A DNA stretch of 64,000 bases, taken from assembly GCA_951406725.2 (NCBI GenBank), contig OX597830.1, forward strand, positions 67,270,001 to 67,334,000. The letters are read 5' to 3'. This document shows, one piece after another, positions 1 through 13,510 of the stretch (the first letter of the stretch is position 1; the number at the start of each line of letters is the position of its first letter). The stretch is from Octopus vulgaris (lineage: Eukaryota). The position numbers were made by a program, and so were the translations under genes. The notes below the pieces were generated by a model. It did not search any database and had not been told where the DNA came from. It saw nothing but the letters and a program-made list of their open reading frames with translations.

Positions 1-441
1 ACTCTACTAAAACTAAGATAATTTTATTTATAAGGTTTAAAGGATAGAAGGATAATGCATTATCTTCTTTTTCTCCCTCGCATTAGTCTTTCTCTCATCC
101 TTCCATCCTTTATTCTCCTGTATTCCTATTTTCTTCTTCTTTCTTTCTCTTTCCAGTCACGAAACGATCTCCTAACCATAAGCTTAATACTATCTCATTC
201 CTTTCCCACTATGATCGACATTGGAATCGTCGAGTCACATGACCCTATGTTAATTTTCATGAGAAACTGTAATTGTTAATTTTGACCCATTTCACCTGAT
301 GAAAACGGGTTTTTCTTTTGCATGATGTTACAGTTCTGTTCCTCAATAAAAACACATTACAAACAGCTGTAGTGAACCTTTATCCATCAGTTGTTATTAT
401 ATATAAATATAAATCTATCTATCTATCTATCTATCTATATA

Positions 442-479
<38 letters not shown>

Positions 480-1194
480 TAAACAGTAAAAATAATTACA
501 GACATGGACAAGAACATGAAACGCCACAGAGACGACACAAGAACCACAGGACGGGACATTCGAAGCCCTCAGTCATCAGTCAAGAACCAGATCATCTTAG
601 CAATTTCGGCTGATTAATCTTGAGATTGCTCCGATATGGGCAGCCCGCCAAGGGAAATCTAAGCCAAGTGCATTAGATCCCATGGAAGAAAGCTTCGAAT
701 GTATACAACACGAGGACGGAAAACGAACGAAGTACACGAACAAAAATACAGAATACGTGACAACAATAAGAATACAAAAACGTAAAAACAATAACGGTAA
801 AAATAAAAAATAAAAAATAAACAACAAAACAAAACCAGGACGTAGGACAAGGGTCTTTCGACAGGACGAATTGAGTATGGGGCTGGCTTATGAAGTTGTG
901 CCTAATGGCCACAGGGAGACGAACAAATACGTGTTGCTTCAGCGGCTGCTGGAACGAAAAGAGCGCTCAACAGCGGCTAGCGGTCACGTGAGAACAAAAG
1001 ACAAGAGAAAGGGACAGATGAAAAGAGAGAGAAGGTGGACGAGGGAGGAGAAGAAAGAGACAGATCGAGGGGGCTGGAGGTGAGAGAGATAGAGAAACGT
1101 AGGAGGGGGGGGGGGGGAAGACGGATGGAGAGGGAAAGAAAGGAGGGGGAATAAGGGAGGAGAGAGAGAGAGAGAAAGAAAGATTAAGAGTCGT

Positions 1195-1229
<35 letters not shown>

Positions 1230-1429
1230 GCAGTAGAAGTGGTAACAATAGTAGTAGTAGTAGTAGTAGTGGGAAGAGGAGGCGGCGGCGGAGGAGGTGG
1301 TGGAAGGGGAGGAGGAGTAGGCATCCGTCGAGTGCGTTTTTCTTTGGTTGCGAGTTTCTGTTACACTTCCCCTCGCCTATATGACTACTGGACCCAGGCT
1401 GTGGTGCCCTGGGACACCTGCCGAGCCAT

Positions 1430-1690
1430 ACCACAAGAACAAAATCTTCCAGAGGCCTTTTCGACATTGACTTCAGTGTGGACGATCATTTGCGACCTCC
1501 TCTCATCTCAGGACATCCAGATCAAGCGACTTCATAACTCCCTTGAAGACGTCCTTGAACCGAAGGTGAAGTCATTCTCGTGCTCTTGTGCCGGTGGGCA
1601 ATTCCCGGTACAGAAGGTTTTCGAATCCTTCCGTCCGGTATTCGATGCACGTAACCGAGCCAACGCAGACGACGCTGCTGGAGTAGGATG
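1430..1690 (-). mobile_element. RTE-clade LINE C-terminal remnant
   Basis: The minus strand translates [21 protein letters not shown] and, after a frameshift, HLRFKDV. This matches the RLRWxGHVxRM motif typical of RTE ORF2 C-termini. Confidence 0.7.
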
Positions 1691-1701
1691 AGATACTCAG
1701 G

Positions 1702-1890
<189 letters not shown>

Positions 1891-1891
<1 letters not shown>

Positions 1892-2397
1892 GGCACGTAT
1901 GAATGACGAAGCCACCTTGAGCATAATCCTATGAACCCAGAAATTGAAAACAGAGGGTTACCCACTTGCAAATAAATGTGGTAACATATAACAATATTGA
2001 CCAAGGTTACCGTGGTCTTTTTCGTAGGCTTTTCTTCCCACGGATAAACCTTACTTGCTCTCCCCTTTACACCATATATCATAACACTGTGATACACGAT
2101 CCCTATTGATCGTTCTCTTTTTCCTCTTCCCCTTTTTTTCCCCTTTTTTCTTCTTTTTTCATTTCTCTTTCCTTTTGTTCCTTTTCCTTTTTTTTTTTCT
2201 TTTTATTCTTTTTATTTTATTCAATTTTTTTTTTTTTTTGTTCTTTTCTTCCCTTTTACGATCCCTCTTGATCGAAAACCTACGCCACCCCCCTTTTTTT
2301 TTTCTTTTGTTTTTTGTTCTCTTCATCCCCCAAAAGAAAAGCTCTACCTTGTAACTTGTCCCATCTGTGTGCAGCCCTGTGTGGCCAATAAAGAAAC

Positions 2398-2450
<53 letters not shown>
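1891..2450 (+). mobile_element. 3' end of a Tx1/L1-like LINE between (ATCT)n tracts
   Basis: Short ORF tail [14 protein letters not shown]-rich 3' UTR, terminal motif tgtcccatctgtgtgcagccctgtgtggccAATAAAg, then an (ATCT)n tail. Confidence 0.5.
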
Positions 2451-2451
<1 letters not shown>

Positions 2452-2499
2452 GTCAGTTTATCTGTCTGTCTGTCTATCTATCTGTTCTTTTACTTTCTA

Positions 2500-2720
2500 T
2501 TTTTTTTATTTGCTTCAGTCAATAGACTGAGGCCATGCTGGGGCACTGCCTTGAAGAACTTTTAGTCAAATATAGCGGCACTAGCACTTATTGTTTAAAG
2601 CCTGATACTTACTCTATCATCCTCTTCAGCCGAACCGCTAACTTACGGGGACATAAACATATCAGCACCGGTTGTCAAGCGGTGGTGGTGGGGGACAAAC
2701 ATAGACACAAAGACGTGTGT
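2500..2720 (-). mobile_element. SINE 3' portion sharing its tail with the CR1/L2-type LINEs
   Basis: The minus strand ends ggcagtgccccagcatggcctcagtctattgactgaa, matching the LINE 3' ends at about 34555-34590 and 39235-39272. Related copies lie at about 17510-17620 and 50889-50921. Confidence 0.7.
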
Positions 2721-3147
2721 GTGTGTGTATGAGTGTGTGTAACAGGTTATGATACTGTTAGAGTGTTCAAACTCCGTGAGACAGTGTAATATAAACCATA
2801 AGAATCAACATGGTGATGAAAGTTCTTGCGTGCCAGATTTATTTTTCTTTGAATTCCGCATTAGATTAGGTATACAAAGGTTGTCTGTAGTAGTCGGTTG
2901 TTAAATGGTGGTAAAGGGAGAATGACAATGATGAAGCTCTCGCCACTTTGGTAACATGTATGCCTGTTAGGAAGAGGTGCTTGCTAGAAAGCGATAGGCA
3001 TAGAACTTATGGAAGCGAAAACGACCAACCCCCGCCAATGCTTTGTATTTATACTTGTTGGAGAACAATGGAAAGCAGATTTCTGGATAAAAAACCAAAA
3101 AACAATAATAAATCTCTGAATGAGATGTAAACAGTAACTGCTCGACA

Positions 3148-3330
3148 TCGTAAAGTATACTAGTCATCTTAATATGGCTAACCACTAAGGGTGGGTGTTA
3201 CTGTAGCACAGAAAGGGCACAGAAAGTCTGCCTAAAGCCAGTTGGAGACGATGATCTCCTGGGGCTAAAAGCTACAGTAACACCCACCCTTAGTGGTTAG
3301 CAATATTGAGATGGCTAGTATACTTTACGA
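3148..3330. repeat. Foldback element with 60-bp inverted arms
   Basis: 3148-3207 is the reverse complement of 3271-3330, with about 3 mismatches. Confidence 0.9.
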
Positions 3331-3479
3331 AACCAAAAAACGATTTCTTTCAAATATTTTTTAATTATAGTCACGATTTCGAGAATGACGGTTCTGTATT
3401 TCCTTTCTGAACAACCTACAAATGATTTTTTAAAATTATGATCACGTGTTCGTGCTGCGCATTAGCTCACTTTCTCCAT

Positions 3480-3655
3480 CAAATCGACATCACCTGTACA
3501 GGTGCTTAGTGTGCCACAAATGAGATGTCTAAGTGGTTGCAGAACAACGTGAAATGAAGCGTTTAGCTCAAAAACCCAGCACACCACCCGGCCTGGAAAT
3601 CGAACAGACGATTACGGGAGCAGCACCCTAACCGTTTGGCCATGTGCCATCACAC
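3480..3655 (-). mobile_element. Degenerate tRNA-derived SINE
   Basis: The minus strand has an A-box-like tggccaaacggttagg and a B-box-like gttcgatttcc, similar to the SINE heads near 48700 and 49080. Confidence 0.55.
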
Positions 3656-4996
3656 AGACTCACCCACGCTAATTTTTGTTTTTTGGTTCAATAACTTCAT
3701 ATCAATCCCATTAATCCAGGGGTCACGACTAATAATAAATGCTTGATTTTCTAACATAATACCTTTCCTAATCTTGTAAGTTAATAGACACAAATAAGTG
3801 CTTAAAATACCTCACGCCCTTTATACAGGCATCCTTTGTTTAGCGGAACCTCAGGTTACTGAATTTCATACATATAGAAATAGAGAAATATGATCACTAA
3901 TTTCGGAATACTGCCTTTATTTCGCTCCACCCTCATTATAATGCAGGTAAATGTTAAATCATAGTATCAATGATTTTTTTTGACCTTCAACAACATCTGC
4001 CTCTCACTACTTCCGTCTTCATGTTGTTGTCTTATGCACTTATTGTTTTCATACTTTCTCTCACCTACCCGCTCCCTTCTTGGCATCCCTCACATTGTTT
4101 GAGCATGTGCCCATCTTTACATAAGTTTGGTGAAGGATAATACATCGGCAATATTGTAAAAAACATTGTGTGTGTGTGTGTATCACAATACTCTCATAAG
4201 AATGTGGCAGCATATGTAGCCATATCATTCAGAGGTTTTAGATTTTGCAAAAGGTCTACTTTCAGGATATTTCATGCGGACAGACTTCTACCAATTGTTC
4301 AGTTTTAATTATATCTGACCCATTCTTTACTTTCCTTTTTTCTCTCTCTCTCCCTCTCTTCCCTTTTATGTATTCATTTATTTCATCTACGAAATCAGCC
4401 CCTTAAATAACTTCATTTTACATACAGAAAGATCTCAACTTAATAATTCGAATGATTATATCGTCAGTGATGAGATTTGAAGCAAGCAGTTTTTGGAAGG
4501 TTTTGATAAAAAGCAAGCAGTTTCCGAATAAACGATCATTTGGTTAAATACATCATTTAAAGTGATAAATAAGAAAATGTCTCTAGTTTTTTCTATTTTA
4601 TCCCTCAATTTTCATTTGCTGTTCATTTGGATTCATCACTTGATGTGGCTTTGCAACTTGTACTTAGTTCACATGAGTAGAAGGTGTATCTCATTACTTT
4701 AAAAATGCATCAAGCATTCCTAGGTTTCGTAACTAGTCTTCTTATTTTCTTTATAATTTTCATAAATCAGATGCAGTATATATTTAAATCAGCATCAACT
4801 TTCCTATGTTGCTCAAACTTTGTATCTTGGAACTAGAAATTCTCTTGCTTTTTAAATATGTGAAAAGGTTTTATGAATTCATTTAAGAGAGAAGCAATAA
4901 TGAGTTTCCACTATTTGGTCTTTTTTCTTCAGTTTATTTAGAGTGTTTTTATTAATTTAGAATGAATTTAGAGTATATTTATTAATTTATAATGAA

Positions 4997-5386
4997 CTAG
5001 CAGTATCGCCCGGCGTTGCTCGGGTTTGTAAGGGAAATAACTATATAAGCATTTTTCGAGAGTTACTTGCAAAAAAATGCATTAAAAATGGAAAAAAATT
5101 ATGGTAATTTTTTTAAAAATTGTAGACTCATCGTAGACATTTTTAGAGAGTTACTTCCCTTATATAATAGCAAAAAAAATACATTAAAAATGGGAAAAAA
5201 AGATGGCAAATGTTTTTAAAATCGTAGACTCATCGTAGACGCGCGCTAATACCCAGAAGGGCTCGATATGAATCACGACTATAAGATACCCGCTTTTGGT
5301 TAAGCTGCACCGCAAAATGTGGGAGTAGTTAGGAATCTAAATCGTAGGAGACAGACACCACACAACTTCACTTTTATATATATAGA
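4997..5386 (-). mobile_element. Non-autonomous Helitron (~390 bp)
   Basis: The minus strand starts A|TCtatatatataaaag at 5386 and ends with the hairpin acccgagcaacgccgggc plus CTAG|T at 4997. The body matches 11004-11265, the 5' end of the large Helitron. Confidence 0.88.
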
Positions 5387-5389
5387 TAG

Positions 5390-8300
5390 ATAGCAGATTG
5401 ACCATGCGTTGCTCGGGTGGACAGAAATTTGATGAATAACTTGTTTAAGCGTTAATTTTGACGTAATTGCATTCCATTTTATCCATACTTTTGGAAAAAT
5501 CAAAACAAAGATATTGTCCGCAACAACGCATATTTTTATAAATTTGAAGAAAACAGCAGAACTTAGGAAATCTGCTATTCGAATAAGGCTCAAAACACAT
5601 AACAAAGTACAGTGTCAAAAGAAGACAAAAAGATGTAAATGTTTGACAGATACATTTGGGAACATAGCTAAATTAGCATAAGGGTGAAATTTTTCCCAGA
5701 AAAAAAGAAGATATTGACGGCCCATTTTTATATTTAGTTTTGTTGAACAAAACATCCAAATGAATAATTAAACCAATAATTATATGACCGACGTTGTAAT
5801 GAAGAATTGTATTGCATCTTGTGAAGGCGCAGAATCCAATTGATTGAATTGTCTGATTTGAAATGTTGCATTTGATTTGAACTTGAAACCACATCATCTA
5901 CAAAACCTCTGCATACACTATGTTTTTTGTTGTCCTGTTTGGAGCAAATGCGAAGAGTTTGTTTTTACTGCCGACTCGGGAACATCCAACGTATAGTTGA
6001 CCGTGGGAAAAACAATGATCTCCAAGATGCAGTCCTGCAACGTTTAACGTCTAACCCTGAGACTTATTAATTGACATTGCAAAAGCTAAACGGAGTGGAA
6101 ATTGCGTCCTTTTGAAAGAGTACGGTGTATCAGCGCCCGAGGTCGTAAGAGTTACCCTTGGTATAACAACTTCCTCTCCTTTTCCACAGCCAGACATGAT
6201 TGTTGCATGAATGATGTGATTTGACATTCTATCCACAACAAGGCGAGTACCATTGCAAAGTTTAGGAGGAGTTATATTTCTGAGAAGTATGATAGGACAT
6301 CCTGCTTTGAGGTACAACATGTGTGGAGGAAAACCAGGAGGATCCAATGAATTAAGAAATTCAATAGGGTATTTAACAGTATCATAGGGGTCAACGTTCG
6401 AATCAATTGATTTAAAAACCATAGAATTTCCCGGAAGTGTTTCAAGCAATTGCAGATTGATTGCAGAGACGGTCACATTTGTAGGTGCTAAGATAGCTCT
6501 TTCACAAAGCCATGCATGATTGAGTAAATTTTCAGGCAATTGTGGAAAAACGGCCGATTTAAGATCATCGACACTACCAACCAGGGAACACAAATGCTGA
6601 ATTGAAATATGGTCGTGTTGGTCTTTTGGTACCCTACCGTCACCCAAAAGAAGAAGATCCTCGGCGAACTTTTCATGTTCAATGTCTCCATGTAATCGAA
6701 CACGCATGTTTGTGGTTAATCTGAGTGTTGTTACTTGTGACCACAATGAAGAAGATTTCAAGCATGCCCGAACCTGATCCGCTCTTATGCCCTTTGGAAT
6801 TACTGGCAAAGTTTGTTGAAAGTCCCCTGAAAACAATACTGTTAGGCCCCCCATACTTTGTGGACAGTCTCTTACGTCTTGTAGAGTCCTATCGAGGGCC
6901 TCAATAGCTCATTTGTGGGCCATTGTGCATTCATCCCAAACGATGAGTCTACACCTTCTGAGTAGATCTGCCCGCTGACTGTCCTTCTTAATGTCACAAG
7001 TAGGAGTTTCACTGGAGGTTAAATTAAGGGGAAGCTTAAATGTTGAATGTGCTGTCCTGCCACCAAGAAGAAGGGTTGCAGCAATACCTGATGAAGCTAC
7101 AGCTATTGCAATAAGTTTATTTTTTCGAACTTTTGCAAAAAGTAATTTAGTGACAAATGTTTTGCCGGTACCTCCGGGAGCATCAAGGAAAAAAATGCCA
7201 CCACATTGACTGAAAACGTTGTTAACAACTGTGTTGTACGCTGACAATTGATCTGCAAGTAATTTTGGTTCCATTTCAAGAACCTGTTTTGATAGGGCAT
7301 CGATATCATAAGAAGTTTCCTGGATGATGAAGGCTGGAATACCTTCAGAGTCAGTCCAATGAGTTTGTGAAAGTCCGTATGATGGTAAAACAGCGCTACC
7401 CGTAAGTAAAAGCCTATTTTCTATGTCAATGAGTGCCTGATTGTAAATTTCATCAGTAAAGACGACTTCTTAATGAGGAAGTTGTTGCTGAGCCTAATGC
7501 AAGAAATCTTCTGTCAATTGGTTACGAAACTTCAGCCATAGCGTGTTCGGATCACTTATGTTGCAATGTATAAGAAGTTTTGCGAACAGTTCTCGCGCAG
7601 TTCCAGCTGAATGTGATGAAGCAATCTCCGCCAAAGTTGCGTCCCGTCGTGAGTCGTCTTCTAGCATACCACGCGCCAGACAGGTTTCTCTGAATGTAGG
7701 ATAGACATGATTGTCGATAGTTTTTAGGTTTTCAAATGAAGTGGGTCCTGTTACCTCATGAAGTAGCATGCGTAGATAAAAGCATTCATGTTGATTTGGA
7801 GGAACCGCGTACACTCTGCCCAAAGAATTACTGAACTTGATATCCGATTGACCATCTAATGGTTGGCCATTTTTTCGACGACTCCATTCTTTGTTATCCC
7901 ATGTATAGTATGACGGAACTTGATTGTAAAACAATGTTTTTGCGAAATCATCTTTCTGACACAATTTGAAGAACCCTGTTAACGTTGTCTCTTGAGGGGT
8001 TTCTGCTAATAAGGAAGCATTCTCACGAGTGTAATACATCCTCTGACCATTTTCGAGGTGAACGGCTAAGTGTATGATTGCAGGATGCCTTTCATGAATA
8101 GGGAAGTCAAAGAATCACCAAAAGGCCTCGCTACTATTTATGTAGCGCCCAACTTGATATTGCGTCACTTCGTCTCTACTGTCCCCGCCACGTAGAGTAA
8201 ATGAAGCTGCGTCGGAGCCCTTAGTTATGTACTTACATATATATTGGATGCACCTAACAGAACTACAAAATTCAACATTGATATGTGCATCGAAAACGCT

Positions 8301-11265
8301 CAACAAAAATGAACAATATGGAATAACCCATCCGTTGTCAACCTCGTAACCATTAACAATGGCCGTAAAACCTCCATCTTCAGGGCGCCTACGTCTGTAC
8401 AAAGGGTAGCCGTCAGTGTCAGTCTGAGTTTCACGGACGAAAGGGCGTGGCAATGTTTTGGTACATCTCTTATTGCCTGAAACGCACGGTAAATTAGTTC
8501 TTAAACCAGGCCCACGCGGACCGTGCACCATATGAGCCTTAACTTTCATGTACAAGTCCTTATCGATTGAAGGATCAGGGAACTCTGCCGAGATTATGCT
8601 GTCAATATCGTTTGAATTGACCTTCGTTGCCAACCAGATGAGAATATGAGCATGAGGAAGCCCTCTTTTTTGCCATTCAATTGTATACACTTCAGCTATA
8701 ACGGGACCAAAGACCTCACCTAATTTGATAAGATCCATGAGCTTAAGTAACTTAAGATGAAATACCCTCGCTGAGAGATCATAACGGCGTGTGACTGTCT
8801 GACCAGGAAGAAGTTCGTCCTCAATTTCCTTCCACTTAGGATTGCAAGTGAAGGTTATGAATAACTCGGACCTACCGAATTTCCGAACATATGTCATTGC
8901 ATCCTGAGCCCTCTCGTGCATATAACGAGGGCCTCCAGTAAAGGTGGATGGTAGAATTTTAACTGTACCCAGACTTTCAGGATCCACGTCATTGTTCATA
9001 CCATCGCGTAGGTGTATGTAACTTTCACATCGCAGTTTAGTCTGGTTATTTTTAATGAATAACAATCTTTCTGATTCCATTTTTGCACACATGTCAGTCG
9101 CATACTGGTTGAAGAGGTCTTGAGAACGATGGAGATGATACAAAACAGTTATCTCTAATCATGAATCGAAATGAATAGAAAGCTTTACATGAAACTGTTT
9201 TGGATGAAAGAAATGGTATCCGTCTTTACCATAAACAAAAAGCAAGGGATACTGAAGTGCATCATACGACCTATGTGTATCACATATAGTCTTTACACCT
9301 TGTTTACGATGCGAGAGGACAATGTCACGTGTGCCGTGCGGGTCACCTGCTAGAATAATCGCAACCTCATTAACAGAAGGAGAGTTGTAGCGTCCTGCAT
9401 GTTCTCCAGACGGCCGCTGATCAGCATCAATGACAACATAGAAGTTATCTGCAGGAGCTACTTCTAATGCATATTTAAAGCTCTGAACGTAGCTGTTATT
9501 ATTATGTAGCATATCTTGAAGTTCGAGAATGAGTCCAAGTCTCTCCTCTACTTTTATTGTGTACTCTTTCGGTCGCTGGTTGTCTGCAGAGAAGCTTTGT
9601 TGACCTTCATTTCGAAAGGCATAAGAATTTCGCCTTGAAGCTTGCTGCAAAACATCTGACATGAAATAGACCTGGAGACATTGAGGCTGTTTGTTGGCAT
9701 CAGGCTGCAACGGTCCAATAAAATGGTAAACCTGGCCCTGGACTTTCATCGTGGGCATAAATACGCCCTTTGGTTGATAATCCGATCGGAAAGATGTCAT
9801 TTGAAAAGCGCAATTATAAAATCGGATATCCTTAAGAAAGCCCCTTGATAGCGAATGAGTACCTGTAAGAAGTTTTAATGGCTGAGGTGGATCTTGGAGA
9901 GCTGGTAAATTTACCTTACCATTAGAGCAACATATTCCTATTGGCTCCCCACACCATTTTTTGGTTTTGCAAAACCTACATATTTTATTCATTGAGCCTA
10001 TTTGAAAATCCTTATGCGAGGCAAAATTGTTGTTTGGGTAATAATTAAAAGCCTTCATTGACCATCTTGTTTTACATGCCCTACTTATACCCTGTTTTCT
10101 GCTTTTATATTGAATAACTTCTCCCAGTCTACTGAGGCGCTCATCTGTCGTCTCTGAAGCTCTTGCATTCGCAGTTGTTTCAGCGTTTCTATTCAGTCGA
10201 AGCTGACGCTGCATTTCACTTTCTGAAGCCCTATCAGCCGATTTGGCCACAGCATCTTTCTTTTGTCGAAGTGAGCGCGCAACTTCACTCTCTGCAGCTC
10301 GAGCAGTAGCTTTGGCCCTTGCAAGCCTTTGTTTATGTTCTTGTTCACTCACAACACTACCCGCACGTGAACTGGAAGGAGTATTACCGATGTCTGGAAG
10401 TAAAACATCGGTAGAACTTTCAAATGCATGTGCAAATGCATTGAAATCGTTGTTACTATCTGTTTTATTCAAGCAACCCTCATCGATGGCCACAGCCCTC
10501 ACTTCAGCAGAGCCCCCTGCAATCTGCGACTGTCTTTGAAGCGAAGATTCAGCTCTAAGCCGCCTTTTATTTTGGAGCTGCATCTTTGTTAATGTCAAAA
10601 CTGTTCTTTTCCTTTTCGGCATAACAGCAACGAGAGTAACGAATAGTAGGAATTTGAACAATAAAATCTTAAAGTCAGTCAGAAGACACCAATTCTTGTA
10701 ATTTTCAGTCAAATCATTATAACAAAATTTCTATATTTTTGATTTGATTTGGGGCATTTCCTAAGCGGCTGAATCATTTATAAAAAATACTTTGTTTTTT
10801 ATTCGGTTGAGTCAAGAACAATTTAAAATATAATAACTTACGAATGATTGAGCCTTTCAACGTTTTCGATGAAAAGAATAATTCAATCTTCTAATTTATT
10901 TTTATCCATCAAAATATGTTGACTTTTTTCAGGGAACGCTTCAAATTCACACTTGGAACGCTACACAACAGTATGAAAACGTTTAAGCTATTTAAGACTG
11001 CCTAAGGGAAATAACTATATAAGACTTTTTAGAGAGTTACTTCCCTTATATATGCGAAAAATACGTTAAAAGTAGGAAAAAAAGATGGTAATTTTTTTTT
11101 CAATCGTAGACTCATCGTAGATGCGCGCTAATACCCAGAAGGGCTCGATATGAATCACGACTATAAGATACCCGGTTTTGGTTAAACTGCACCGCAAAAT
11201 GTGGGAGTAGTTAAGAATCTAAATCGGAGTAGACAGACACACAACTTGACTTTTATATATAAAGA
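5390..11265 (-). mobile_element. Near full-length autonomous-type Helitron (decayed)
   Basis: 5' A|TCtttatatataaaag at 11265, a degenerate 3' hairpin/CTRR end at about 5390-5418, and an internal RepHel coding region. Confidence 0.92.
5898..10622 (-). pseudogene. Helitron Rep (HUH endonuclease)/Pif1 helicase, broken by frameshifts and stops
   Basis: Rep motifs FITFTCNPKW, EWQKRGLPHAH and YICKYITKG. Helicase motifs DAPGGTGKT, VASSGIAATLL, IVWDE, GDFQQTLPV, LCNGTRL and QFPLRLAFAMSINKSQG*, then FSHGQLYVGCSRV. The N-terminus has STPR-like RAxESExxRxxRL repeats and a CxxC..CC zinc motif. Confidence 0.95.
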
Positions 11266-11389
11266 TTATTGTAAAGGGAAAACATGCACACAATGTTAAC
11301 CTGCAAACAAAATGAATGGCTGACGGAATGAAAAACATTCACAAACACATTATTGACGTCCAGTGTTGTAATTAAATTTTTGTAGCAAT

Positions 11390-13510
11390 CTTTATGAATG
11401 CTTCATATTATTTTACGGGGTTGCCTGCTTAATGAGCGCAAATTACTAGGTTTGGATGTAATAATCATCAGCGAGACTAGGAATTCGAATACACGCAAAT
11501 TTGCACCCGTTTGTAGCAGATTCAATATCTTCACATTTCTTATTAAATCTGGAATGGGTGGTGGGGTGGCGAAGTGACAGGACTATTTCGGAAAGACCTG
11601 GGACTAGAGATCCATACAATTTCCGTGGACCTGGGCAGACATGATTCTCGAGATGCGTTTTGTCTTCCTGGACTCTATGTTATTGGTTGTAGATGTGAAC
11701 AGTAGCGAAGGTGGTGCCTTTAGACTGATAACTGTGTGTTCTTCACTGTGGAAAGGAAGCAGGATTTCTTCAGGCCTTTCGAGGGTTTCCTAGGAACGTC
11801 CCGATCTTTAGTGCTAGTGTGTAATTGCAACGCCATCTTGAATGCACGTCTCACATACTGGCAGCACATCTGGCCCTTGATCTATTCTTCTACACTAAGC
11901 ACGAAGGTTGAATTTTCAGAGCTAGAGTATGCGATCGAAGGAATAAGGGTGGAAGATGTTCAATGCAGCAACAAGGCCACAATTCGACCTTTGGCGAATT
12001 TGGAAGGGTGCGTGATGCTCTACTACAGAAGATGTGACACTTCGCTCAACTATTTGGGGTGGCTAGTCGATGGTGGACGATGGATGGAGATGAGCTTTAC
12101 TGCCTACATCGATGGTGTGCCATGGCTCTTGGCCTGGAATGCGAAGTTCTGTAAAAAGCCGATATCAGCTGATGAAATACGGGAAACAATATCGGGCTGG
12201 ACGATGGAGGAGTCGCCGGGGCCTGATGGTCTGTCCTTCAAGCTTTATCGTCATATGCCAGACTTATTCAGGGACTGCTTGACAGATTTCTATTGCAACT
12301 GGCAATAAACGTGGGAATATCCAGTCCTGTGGAAAGAAGTGTAGTGTTGCTGCTGAGAAAGGACCCGAACAAGGGAGATGGTTTGAAGATTTTGACCAAA
12401 ATATTATCGAAAAACTTGGTGCTGGTCCTCGATACTCCGATAGGTGAGGCACTGAATGTGCTATAGCAAACAGATTTATCTATAAAAATCTCCACCTCAC
12501 ATGGTGCACCACAGAAAATTTAGGTAAGAAGCCTGGCATAGGTGGGGTTCTGGTTAATTTAAATCAGTTGGAACCGTTTGATAGAGTTGACCATTAATAC
12601 TTGGTGGCATTCCACTAAGTAATTGGATTCGGGCTCGTCTGCAGAAGCTAGATCATTACAATTTATTGTGTCATTTGCTTGGTGGTAACTTTAAATAGTC
12701 ACCTATCGGTACTGTTTAGTATCAAGCACTCCGACCGTCAAGGATGATACCTCTCTTCCCTTTCTCTTCTGTACGTACTGTCCTAAGAGTTACTTCCTCT
12801 GAATTTGGGGGTTAAATGGGTTGGGGGCATCCCGTCAGAACTCTGGCATGAAAGATCCATGATTGCAGAAGCGGGTAATTGTCAGTGAAATAATGTCGGA
12901 GCTGATTGGTACTACACTGGGGAGCTGCGAGACGGGGGCAGGAACAAAAGTTAACCAGAAGACGTCGGTGAGATTGCATCTGGGTACCTGGAGAAGCAGG
13001 TCCATGCCGTCCAACAGCATCATGGGGCAGTGGACGACTGTACCGGTTAAATTGCTCACGATTTGGTTTGATCCAAATCTCCAAGTGGAACAGACCTGGG
13101 AGACGTGACTTGTGGGGTGGCTAGTTTCAGTCAGAAATGGGCTGTGAAGAAACTGTCCATGAAAGGCTTACTTTGTTTATGTTATCACCAGACTCTCGTG
13201 CCTTGCTCCACTTCATGGCTGATGAGATTGAAGCGTTTGGTTTTTCTTTTTCTCTGGAAGGGATGTGGTCTATTGGTCAAACAGTTCATTTGCTGTCAAC
13301 ATACGCTGAGTGGAGGACCGATCATGCAATTTCTAGTGATGCGCAGTCACGCTCTGAGCCTGCGACATGTCCAACATTTCCTTGACGATAAGGATGTGCG
13401 ATTACCGATTGTTAGATCCAAAGATCGTTCCCCTGACTGAGCTGGAGTCCTGGATGGAGCGTAGACTAAGGCAGGGTGCTTGGCAGCTTGAGTGCTGGCA
13501 GGCGCTTACA
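11390..13510 (+). mobile_element. Degraded Tx1/L1-clade LINE ORF2 (endonuclease + reverse transcriptase remnant)
   Basis: Fragments LDVIIISET, SPGPDGLSFKLY, FDRVDH, RQG, WAVKKLSMKG and FLFLWKG, with many frameshifts. Confidence 0.75.

Noticed and set aside
550-600. Hammerhead-like CTGATGA on the minus strand
   Set aside because: The GAAA box and stems are not convincingly preserved.
5898-7274. Cellular PIF1 helicase gene
   Set aside because: It is contiguous with Helitron Rep motifs and termini and is broken by stops and frameshifts.
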